Source: Planctomycetota bacterium (lineage in GTDB: Bacteria > Planctomycetota > B15-G4). From it: 64,000 nucleotides of DNA. Made by a program: the position numbers and the translations under genes. Location: positions 32,001 to 96,000 of the forward strand of contig JBBQUR010000001.1 in assembly GCA_038212275.1 (NCBI GenBank). Reading direction: 5' to 3'. Of the stretch, positions 50,918 through 59,054 are shown piece by piece; position 1 is the first letter of the stretch, and each line of letters opens with the position of its first letter. The notes beneath the pieces are model-generated. The model ran no database searches. It had not been told where the DNA came from and saw only the letters and a list, made by a program, of their open reading frames with translations.

Positions 50918-52666
50918 ATGTTCGCCGTGCTGCCACCGCTCATCGCACTGCAGGATTCGACCTTCGGCAATGCCTCCGGCCTGATCTTCGTCGCGCTGCC
51001 GATCCTCCTCATCTTCGTCTTCTTCAGCGTGCTCATGGTGCGGCAGTACCGGCGCTGCCCGTCCAACCGCATCCTCGTCGTGTACGGCAAGGTGGCGGGA
51101 CAGCGCGCGGCCAAGTGTCTGCACGGCGGCGGCACCTTCGTGATCCCGCTCATCCAGGACTTCGAGTACCTGTCGCTCGAACCGCTGACCATCGACATCG
51201 AGCTCACGGGCGCGCTGTCCAAGAAAAACATCCGCGTGAACGTGCCGAGCACCTTCACGATCGGCATCTCGACCGAGCCGGAGATCATGAACTCCGCCGC
51301 GGAGCGGCTGCTCGGCATGAGCGAGCAGCAGATCTCGGCGCAGGCGCGCGACATCATCCTGGGCCAGATGCGTCTCGTGCTCGCCACGCTTGGCATCGAG
51401 GAGATCAACCAGGACCGCGAGAAGTTCCTCGACCTCGTCAACAAGAACGTGGGCTTCGAGTTGAACAAGATCGGGCTCGACGTCATCAACGTGAACATCC
51501 GCGACATCACGGATGAGAGCGGCTACATCGAGGCCATCGGGCGCAAGGCGGCTTCCGAAGCCATAAACCAGGCCAAGATCGAGGTGGCCGAGCAGGAGAA
51601 GCTGGGCAACGTCGGTCAGGCCGGCGCGGTGCGCGAGATGGACGTGAACGTCGCCACGCAGCGCGCGCAGTCCGCCATGGGACAGAAGCAGGCCGAGCGC
51701 GACCAGCGCGTGGGCGTGGCCAAGTTCGAGGCCGAGGGCATCACGGGCGAGGCCAACGCGAACCGCGAGAAAGAAGTGGCCATCGCCGAGCAGGCCGCCA
51801 AGGCCGTGCAGGGGCAGAAGGCCGCGCAGGCCGAGCAGCGCATTCGCGTGGCGCAGCTCGAGGCCGGCGCCGCGCAGGGCGAGAAGGAGGCGCAGGCCGA
51901 GCAGCGCATCAAGATTGCGTCCTACGAGGCGGCAGCCGTCGAAGGCGAGAACACGGCCAAGGCCACCATCGCGAAGAGCGTGGCGGTGCTCGCCGAGGCG
52001 CAGGCCATCGCCAAGCGCCAGGGCGATGTCGCGCTGGCCAACTCGAGCCGCGACGTGCTGCAGGCGCAGACGCAGGAAGAGCAGGCGCGCCTCGAGAAGA
52101 CCGAGGTCGTCCAGAAAGAGATCGACAAGCGCAAGGTCGAGATCGAGGCCGAGGCGCGCGCCGAGCAGACGCGCCGCATCGGCAAGGGCGAGGCCGACGC
52201 GATCCTCTTCAAGTACACCGCGGAGGCCGAGGGCATCCGGCGCGTGCTCGAGGCCAAGGCAGACGGCTACCGTCGCATGGTCGAGATGAGCGCGCAGCAT
52301 CCCGAGTTGGCGCCCACGCTGCTGCTCATCGAGAAGCTGCCCGAACTCGTCGCCGAGCAGGTCAAGGCCATCCAGAACCTGAAGATCGACAAGATCACGA
52401 TCTGGGATGGCCAGGGCGGCGGCGGCGGCGGCGCCGGTGGCGGACGACACAACAACGCGACGGCCGCGTGGCTGCGCGACCTCATCGGCGCCCTGCCGCC
52501 GATCCACGAGCTGGCGCGCCAGGCCGGCGTGAAGCTGCCAAACATTCTCGGCACGGTCGAGGAACCGGGCACGGCGGCGGCGGGCGGGTCGGGCGAAGGT
52601 GACGGTGGCACGCACGGTGATCGCGGTCGCGATCCCGGTCCGGCGTCACCGGCGCCGAAGCGCTGA
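50918..52666 (+). CDS. Flotillin/SPFH-domain protein
   Basis: YRRCPSN, GGGTFVIP, AAERLL, IEEIN.DRE.F, AEA-rich coiled coil, IDKITIWD. Confidence 0.92.
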   Translation: MFAVLPPLIALQDSTFGNASGLIFVALPILLIFVFFSVLMVRQYRRCPSNRILVVYGKVAGQRAAKCLHGGGTFVIPLIQDFEYLSLEPLTIDIELTGALSKKNIRVNVPSTFTIGISTEPEIMNSAAERLLGMSEQQISAQARDIILGQMRLVLATLGIEEINQDREKFLDLVNKNVGFELNKIGLDVINVNIRDITDESGYIEAIGRKAASEAINQAKIEVAEQEKLGNVGQAGAVREMDVNVATQRAQSAMGQKQAERDQRVGVAKFEAEGITGEANANREKEVAIAEQAAKAVQGQKAAQAEQRIRVAQLEAGAAQGEKEAQAEQRIKIASYEAAAVEGENTAKATIAKSVAVLAEAQAIAKRQGDVALANSSRDVLQAQTQEEQARLEKTEVVQKEIDKRKVEIEAEARAEQTRRIGKGEADAILFKYTAEAEGIRRVLEAKADGYRRMVEMSAQHPELAPTLLLIEKLPELVAEQVKAIQNLKIDKITIWDGQGGGGGGAGGGRHNNATAAWLRDLIGALPPIHELARQAGVKLPNILGTVEEPGTAAAGGSGEGDGGTHGDRGRDPGPASPAPKR

Positions 52667-52668
52667 AC

Positions 52669-52699
52669 CAGACGTCTCGAACGCGCCCCGAGGCGTCTG
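52669..52699 (+). terminator. Hairpin after flotillin
   Basis: CAGACGTCTCG...CGAGGCGTCTG. Confidence 0.4.
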
Positions 52700-52713
52700 A
52701 ACCGGGGGAGCCG

Positions 52714-53702
52714 ATGGGCAAGGGTTTGCGTGTCGTCGTCGCGTGCTGCCTCGTGTCGGCCGCGCACGCGCAGTCCGCGACGACGGACGAGACGTCGCGT
52801 CCCCAGCCCGTCGTCGGCGCTCGCCCGGCTGGCGATGCTCCGGATGAGCACGACGACGTCGTGGCACTGTGCGGCTTTCAGCCTGGCACGCTCCCACGGC
52901 AGGAGATGGAGGCGAAGTCCGGAAAGCTCGACCACTTCTGGAGCAAGGTGCAGGCCGACCCGGCGGCATTCGGCCCCGCGTTGCGCCGTGAACTCGCGCG
53001 CGACGACGCACCGCTGATCTTCCTCTACGACGGCTCCATCCTTCTGCTGAAATTTCACGAGAAGGAGGCCGGCTTCGACACGGCGCCGGTGGACAAGGAC
53101 GACGCGCGGCTCGTGAACGCCAGCATGGCGCGTTGCACGCTCAAGGGTGTGGACCACGCCGAGTACCTGTTCAAGGTCCGCTGGCTCGCGTCCGAGGGCA
53201 ACGACACGACCGCGGCCGCCTTCCACGTGCTCGCCGAGCCGGACTTCCAGGCCTTCGTCCCACGCACTCGCTGATGCTCGGCCAGGACTTCAGCCTGATC
53301 GGCATGCTCATGCCGACCGACGAGGCCTTCTATCTGACGCCCGCGCTGGAGCGGCTGAAGACGGAGACGGAAGACAAGGCCTGCGCGTCCCTGCTCAAGC
53401 TGCTCTGGTACACCGTGACGGCGGAGAGTGATGGCGCGATCGCGGCGGTTGCGAAGGATGCCACCCGGTCCGCGGCCGTGCGCAAGGCAGCCGGCGACCT
53501 CGTGGCGCAGTCACTTTTACTCTCGACGAAGGTCAAGGGCGACAAGCGCGCGAAGGCCGTAGCCGCCGTCGGCGTGTCCGTCGATGCCACGATCCCGGAG
53601 CTGAAGGCCGCGCGCCGCAAGCGGATGCAGGGCAACATCAGCGACGAATCACTGGGCGACCTCGACCAGTTCACGCTGCTGATCCGGAGTCGTGCGCGCT
53701 GA
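52714..53702 (+). pseudogene. Secreted hypothetical protein interrupted by an apparent 1-nt frameshift at about 53259-53261 (or a split gene)
   Basis: High-GC3 frame switches at GTC CCA/CCC ACG; adding one C gives FVPTHSLMLGQ and one 329-aa ORF. Confidence 0.6.
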
Positions 53703-53771
53703 GCGTCGCGGGTGCTGCTGCGTCGCGAGCCTGCGTCGGCGTTGCGGGAGCGAGCGCCGGGGACGGAGGCG

Positions 53772-53987
53772 TCAGGAGCGCCGCGCGCCGACCCGCAGCT
53801 CGCGCGCCTTGCGGAAGCCTTCCTCGCCGAGCAGCGCGATCGCGAGCGCGTGCGCCTCTTCGAGCCAGCGCAGCTTTTCGGCCATCGACAACTTGCCGAT
53901 GCGCTCGCGCTGCGCGCGGGCATGACCTTCCCAGCCAGCGTCCCAGCCTCCTTCGGCAGGTGGTTCAGCGGGGCGGTCGGCCGTCAT
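53772..53987 (-). CDS. Small helical protein (putative antitoxin)
   Basis: GAAGGA RBS; LSMAEKLRWLEE motif; overlaps the NTase 3' end. Confidence 0.65.
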   Translation of the reverse strand: MTADRPAEPPAEGGWDAGWEGHARAQRERIGKLSMAEKLRWLEEAHALAIALLGEEGFRKARELRVGARRS

Positions 53988-54477
53988 CGGCAAGTCCTTC
54001 CAGGATCGCGATGTCTTCCTTGTCGACAGTTCGCCCGGCCTTCCGCTTGAGGTCCAGCAGGTCGGGCAGACTTACGAACGTGGCGTCGACACCAGGTGCC
54101 AGGGTGCGGTGGGCCGCGGCCGCGTAGGCCCGCTCGAAGTCGAAAGGGCTGGAGAGAAAGAGGTCGACTTCGGTCGCCGCCGACCGGGGGTTCCAGAGCG
54201 AGAACACGAGCATGTGCTTGTCGCGCATCCACGCCTCTCGCGTCGCGCGATCCGCGAACTGCTCGAGCGGCACCGGTGCTCGCGGCCGGTATTCCAGGGC
54301 GCCGAACGCGGCGAGTGCGCGCCGCAGGCTTTCCGGTTCCATGTCGAGGACGAGGTCGACGTCGGACGTGAAGCGCACGTAGCCATGGGCGATGACCGCC
54401 AGGCCGCCCACGATGAGGTAGCGGACGCGCGCTCCGTTCAGCGCCTTGACGATGCCGATGATGCTGTGTTGGTCCAC
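53965..54477 (-). CDS. Pol-beta-fold nucleotidyltransferase (DUF6036/AbiEii-like)
   Basis: YLIVGGLAV..HG..R.T.DVD, EVDL, L.LKRKAGR..D.ED. Confidence 0.82.
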   Translation of the reverse strand: MDQHSIIGIVKALNGARVRYLIVGGLAVIAHGYVRFTSDVDLVLDMEPESLRRALAAFGALEYRPRAPVPLEQFADRATREAWMRDKHMLVFSLWNPRSAATEVDLFLSSPFDFERAYAAAAHRTLAPGVDATFVSLPDLLDLKRKAGRTVDKEDIAILEGLADDGRPPR

Positions 54478-54487
54478 GTCCGAGAGC

Positions 54488-55168
54488 CTACACCCGGAAC
54501 ACCGCGAGATCCGCCTTCGTGACCTTGAGGCCGAGCGCCTCGGCGGCTGCCGCCGCGGTGCGCGCGGCCTCTTCCTCCAGCACCTCGCCGTCCACGCCGA
54601 GGACGTGGAAGGTCTGGCGCCACGTGGCCCAGACGCCGGAGAGCTGGCCGTTGAGGTGGCGCAGCATGCGGCGCAGGTTCTCGCGGTCACGCGGCGACGG
54701 ATCGGTGGCGGCGAAGAGTCGTGCCAGGGGCCGGTGCAGTTCCGCGTCGGCGATCCGCGCGCAGAGCAGTCGCGCGTGCGGGCCCGCCAGATCGACGAGC
54801 AGCCGCGCGGGCAGCACGGCCAGCTCGCCCAGCACGGTGTAGCCGGTCACGATGAGCGACGGCACGTGGCCCGATGCGAGCACCTCGCCGAGCGAGCCGT
54901 CGAGCGCGGAGGCCGCCTCGTCATCCGCCAGGCGCACGGCCGCCGCCGCTCCCGCTTCGTCGGCGAGGGCGTCGCGCAGGGCGCGCGCTCGTCCCGCCTG
55001 CTCGTCGAGCGAGGCGGCCCACGTGGGCTCCGCGGTGCGCAGCGCGAGGTCCGCGAGCGTGTCGCCAAGCTGCCCGGTCAGGCGTGCGGTGAGCGCCCAC
55101 ACGTCGTGCTGGCATTCCGGCGCGTCGGGCGTGAGGTAGCCCAGGTGCTTCCAGTCGAGCGGTGTCAC
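54488..55168 (-). CDS. All-helical protein, probably ferritin-like fold (degenerate)
   Basis: Good codon bias; helical pattern with DAELH; start GTG 55168 (or ATG 55177). Confidence 0.7.
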   Translation of the reverse strand: MTPLDWKHLGYLTPDAPECQHDVWALTARLTGQLGDTLADLALRTAEPTWAASLDEQAGRARALRDALADEAGAAAAVRLADDEAASALDGSLGEVLASGHVPSLIVTGYTVLGELAVLPARLLVDLAGPHARLLCARIADAELHRPLARLFAATDPSPRDRENLRRMLRHLNGQLSGVWATWRQTFHVLGVDGEVLEEEAARTAAAAAEALGLKVTKADLAVFRV

Positions 55169-55175
55169 GCGGCGC

Positions 55176-55266
55176 ATTCTAGCCGGCGCATCCCCGTCGG
55201 CGCGTCGTGAACCCGCACTTCGCTTCGCGGCGCCGAGCGCGCCCGGGGCCGCTCGATGGTTAGAAT
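55176..55266. promoter_or_regulatory. Divergent TAGAAT -10 boxes, each close to a start codon
   Basis: Minus-strand TAGAAT at 55181-55176 and plus-strand TAGAAT at 55261-55266. Confidence 0.5.
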
Positions 55267-55275
55267 CCCGGCCCC

Positions 55276-56433
55276 ATGTCGCTGCCCATCCTGATCACGA
55301 CCCAGCCCGAGCTCGACGACCTCGTCGATCAGCTCGCCGGGAAGCCGGAGCTGGCGCTCGATTGCGAGATGGACAGCATGTACGCGTACCGCACCAGCCT
55401 GTGCCTGGTGCAGGTGGGCTGGGAGGGCGGCGAGGCTCTCATCGACGCCCTGCGCGACTTCGACCGCAGCGGGCTGGCACGGCTGTGCGACGACCCCGAC
55501 GTGGTCAAGGTCTTCCACGGCGGCGAGAACGACATCGGCCTGCTGTCCGCGCGCTGGGGTTTTTCCTTCCGCAACATCTTCGACACGATGGCCGCGAGCC
55601 AGGTGCTCGGGCACGAAGGCTGCGGCCTGGCGGCGCTGCTCGACCGCAACTTCGGCGTGCACGTCAGCAAGAAGTACCAGAAGGCCGACTGGCGCGTGCG
55701 CCCTCTGCCCGACGCGCAGGCCGAGTACGCCCGCATCGACGTGCGCTACCTCATTTCGCTGCGGCGCCTCCTGCTCGACGAGCTGGAGCGCCTGCAGCGC
55801 GTGGAGGAAGTGCAGAGCGAGTTCCGCCGCATCAGCCGCGTGCGCTCGGAGGAAAAGCCCTTCGACCCGGAGAACTGGGTGCGCATCAAGGGCGCGCGGG
55901 AGCTCCCGCCCTCCGACCGCGCCACGCTGCGCGAGCTGTACCTGGCGCGCGATGCGATCGCCTGCGCCCTGGACCGGGCCCCGTACCGCGTGCTGCACGA
56001 GAGCGCCCTGCTCGACCTCGCCCGTCTCAAGCCTGCCGGCCCCGGCGCGCTGCGGCGCGTGCACGGCATCAATCGCGCTCTGGGCGGCGAGCACGTGGAC
56101 CTGCTCGTGGCCGCCATCGAGCGCGGCCGGCCGATCACGGACCTGATCATTCCGAAGAACCCTCGACTGCACCCCGGTGACCGCTTCGGCGCCGGACCGC
56201 TCACTCCCGATCAGCTCCGGCTCTTCGATGCGCTGCGCGCCTGGCGCAGCCACCGCGCTCACGAGCGCGGCGTGGAGGTCGCGCGCGTCGGCACCAACGT
56301 GCTGCTCACCGCCATCGTGCGTCGCCATCCGCGCACGCTGGAGGAGCTGGCCCTCGTGGAAGGCATGGAGGATTGGCGCATGCGCGAGTACGGCGACTCC
56401 TTGCTGGCCGTGCTGACGGGGGAACCGAAGTGA
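55276..56433 (+). CDS. rnd: Ribonuclease D with two HRDC domains
   Basis: ALDCE, LCLVQ, KVFH...D, FDT, ADW..RPL...EYA.ID; two HRDC-like segments. Confidence 0.92.
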   Translation: MSLPILITTQPELDDLVDQLAGKPELALDCEMDSMYAYRTSLCLVQVGWEGGEALIDALRDFDRSGLARLCDDPDVVKVFHGGENDIGLLSARWGFSFRNIFDTMAASQVLGHEGCGLAALLDRNFGVHVSKKYQKADWRVRPLPDAQAEYARIDVRYLISLRRLLLDELERLQRVEEVQSEFRRISRVRSEEKPFDPENWVRIKGARELPPSDRATLRELYLARDAIACALDRAPYRVLHESALLDLARLKPAGPGALRRVHGINRALGGEHVDLLVAAIERGRPITDLIIPKNPRLHPGDRFGAGPLTPDQLRLFDALRAWRSHRAHERGVEVARVGTNVLLTAIVRRHPRTLEELALVEGMEDWRMREYGDSLLAVLTGEPK

Positions 56434-59042
56434 CAGGCGCGCGCCGGACCTCTTCTCCGCTGGCGTGCGTCTCCGCCTGCCTGCTCCTCGCGCTGATGGC
56501 CGGATGCGGCGATGAGCCTGCGGGGACGACGGCGACTCCTGCCGCCGGCGGCAGCGCCGACCATGCGCCGGACAGTGCGGCACGGCGCCTCGGCGATGCG
56601 GCTTCGGCGCTCGACAAGCAGGGCCAGCACGCGGTCTCGGCCGTGAAGTTCGCGGAGGCCGCGAAGCTCGCGGACAGCGAGGGCGATGCGCGCCTCGCCA
56701 ACGCCTATCGTGCGCAGTCGGCCGTGTGCCTGAAGATGTCGGATCAGCCGGAGCCGGCGCTTGCATTGCTGCTGCCGGCGCTCGCCACGGCGCGCGAGAA
56801 CGGCGACCGGCACACGGAGGGCCTCGCGCTCGGCAATCTCGTGCGCGTCGAAAGCATGCTCGGCCACGACGAGCAGGCGCTGCGCTACCTGGACGAACTG
56901 GTCGGCTTCGCAGGGGACGAAAAGGACACCCGCCTGCAGGTGCTCACGCTCGAGCAGGCAGCCGCGGCCGCCCTCAGCCTGGGTGAGCCCGCGGCCGCGC
57001 TCGACCGCATCGCACTCGCGCTGCCGCTCGCCGCCGCACTGGAGGCGGACGGCACACTTGCGGGCAACGAGCGTCGCAGCGCAGGGCTGCTCTCGCTGCA
57101 GGCCTCCGCGCGGGTCGCGCTCGGCGACGACGAAGGCGCCTTCGATGCGTGGGCCTCGCTGCCGGAGACCTCGGCCGTGCTCGGAAACCGCGCGCGCCAC
57201 GCCGTCACGCTGGGCAATGCCGCGCAGGCAGCCGAGCTCGCGCTGCGGGCCGCGCAGGGCTTCGATGCCGAGGGCGGAGGTCGGCTCGATGAACGCGATC
57301 GTGCGCTCGCGCTTGCACTCTCGGAACTCCTCGAAGCCGGGGACCTCGACGGCGCCGAAGGCCGGCTCACCAAGCTCCTCGCCGCGCCGCAGGATGAACT
57401 CGCGCTGGCGCCCTTCCTCGTGCTGCGCGGGCAGCTCGCGCTGCTGCGCGGCCATCCCCTCGATGCACCCGCGGATTTCGAGCGCGCGCGCGCTGCGCTG
57501 GTCGGCACGCCGCCTGCCGACGAGGTCGGCCTGCTGCTCGCCTGGACGCAGCTCGTCCTCGAGCGCCGGGTCGAGGCGGCCGCGACCCTGGCCGCGCTGA
57601 AACCTGGACTCGCGCACAGCCTGCTGTCACTGCGCCTGCTGACGGCCGAGCCACCCGGGACGATGCTCATCCGCGAGGCGCTGCCGGACCTGTCGCCGCG
57701 ACGTTTCGACCCGGGCGACGACACGCTCAGGCTGCTCGATGCGCAGACGGGCGGCGCGATGCCGTCGCTGCCCTATGCGCTGCTCGACGCCGGCCTCAAG
57801 GACACCGAGCGCCTGCAGGCGCAGGGTGGCGCGATGGCCGGCGTCGTGCTCGCCAACGCCGCGCGCGATGCCTTGCGCTGGCAGGCTCTGCTCGGCGCCA
57901 CGGCCGTGCCCGGCCTGATGCCCGATGCCTCCGGCATCGCGGAGCTGGATGCCTGGGTCGATCGCTGGGTGGATCGACGACAGCCGGAGGGCCACGCGCT
58001 GCTCGTCGTGCTCCCGGGCGAGACGTCGAGCTACCTGCTGCTCTGCACGCACGCGCTGGGTGCGACGACCTTCGCGCTGCCCAATGCGCGCGCGCTGCAG
58101 GAGAAGGCACAGGCCGTGGTGGACGCCACCCGAGCCTCCGACGTCAGGGCCCTCGCGGTGGCAGCCCACGCTCTGTACACGACGGTGCTGCCACCCCGCG
58201 CACAGCAGGATCTCTCGGACGCGTCGCATTGGACGATCATCCTGCCTCCCGAACTCGCCGCCGTGCCTCCCTCCATGTGGGTGACGGCCCCGCCGTCCGC
58301 GGGGGAGGACGTGGCCTGGCTGGTGAACGATCACGTCGTGACGCTCAGACCGCACGCGCCGGTCGCCGGAGCGGCGCTGCCGGAGGTCACGCCCGAAGGC
58401 GGCACGCCGGGCTGGCTCTCGATGGGCGCGCCCGCCCTGGACCGCACGCAGTTGCCGCTCGTCTCCGAGCAATGGTTTCTGCGCTATGGCGACAGCGCCT
58501 TCAACGCGGCGCCGGTCAAGCCGGTGCAACCGGGCGTGGCGCTTGCAGGGCCGAACGCCACCATTGCAGCCTTGCGCGTCGCGTTGCCGCTGGCCGCCGG
58601 GTTGCAGCTTTCGGTGCCGGGTGCGGGCGGCGGACGACTGGGCGGCCTGCTCTTCGCGCCGGCTCCGGGCAGCCCCTTTCACGATGAGGCCGCAGGCTTC
58701 CTGCCGTGGCACCGATTCACGCAAATGGCCCTGCCTCCGCAGGTGATCCTCGACAGCACGCGCTTCGATCCGGGCGACCAGAAGTTCGGGCCGGGCTACG
58801 CAGCTTCCGCGCTGCTGTCGCACGCGAGCGAGGTGCTGTTCACGCGCTGGCCGATGCCAGGACCGGTGCGCGATGCGATGGTGGCGCACCTGCAGGCCGA
58901 GCGTGAGTCCGGCAAGGGCCTGCCCGAAGCGCTTGCCGCCGTGCAGCGGAGCTGGCTCGCCACCGTTCGTGAGAGCGGCGACCTGGCCGCCAGCCATCCG
59001 CGACTGTGGGCTGCCTGGCTGCCCTACGGCGGGGCCGACTGA
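56430..59042 (+). CDS. Lipoprotein with TPRs and a catalytically degenerate CHAT-like domain
   Basis: Lipobox LMAGC; TPR EGLALGNL; CHAT-order motifs ending in HPRLWAAW; GTGA overlap with rnd. Confidence 0.78.
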   Translation: MTGARRTSSPLACVSACLLLALMAGCGDEPAGTTATPAAGGSADHAPDSAARRLGDAASALDKQGQHAVSAVKFAEAAKLADSEGDARLANAYRAQSAVCLKMSDQPEPALALLLPALATARENGDRHTEGLALGNLVRVESMLGHDEQALRYLDELVGFAGDEKDTRLQVLTLEQAAAAALSLGEPAAALDRIALALPLAAALEADGTLAGNERRSAGLLSLQASARVALGDDEGAFDAWASLPETSAVLGNRARHAVTLGNAAQAAELALRAAQGFDAEGGGRLDERDRALALALSELLEAGDLDGAEGRLTKLLAAPQDELALAPFLVLRGQLALLRGHPLDAPADFERARAALVGTPPADEVGLLLAWTQLVLERRVEAAATLAALKPGLAHSLLSLRLLTAEPPGTMLIREALPDLSPRRFDPGDDTLRLLDAQTGGAMPSLPYALLDAGLKDTERLQAQGGAMAGVVLANAARDALRWQALLGATAVPGLMPDASGIAELDAWVDRWVDRRQPEGHALLVVLPGETSSYLLLCTHALGATTFALPNARALQEKAQAVVDATRASDVRALAVAAHALYTTVLPPRAQQDLSDASHWTIILPPELAAVPPSMWVTAPPSAGEDVAWLVNDHVVTLRPHAPVAGAALPEVTPEGGTPGWLSMGAPALDRTQLPLVSEQWFLRYGDSAFNAAPVKPVQPGVALAGPNATIAALRVALPLAAGLQLSVPGAGGGRLGGLLFAPAPGSPFHDEAAGFLPWHRFTQMALPPQVILDSTRFDPGDQKFGPGYAASALLSHASEVLFTRWPMPGPVRDAMVAHLQAERESGKGLPEALAAVQRSWLATVRESGDLAASHPRLWAAWLPYGGAD

Positions 59043-59054
59043 GCGGCGTGCGCC

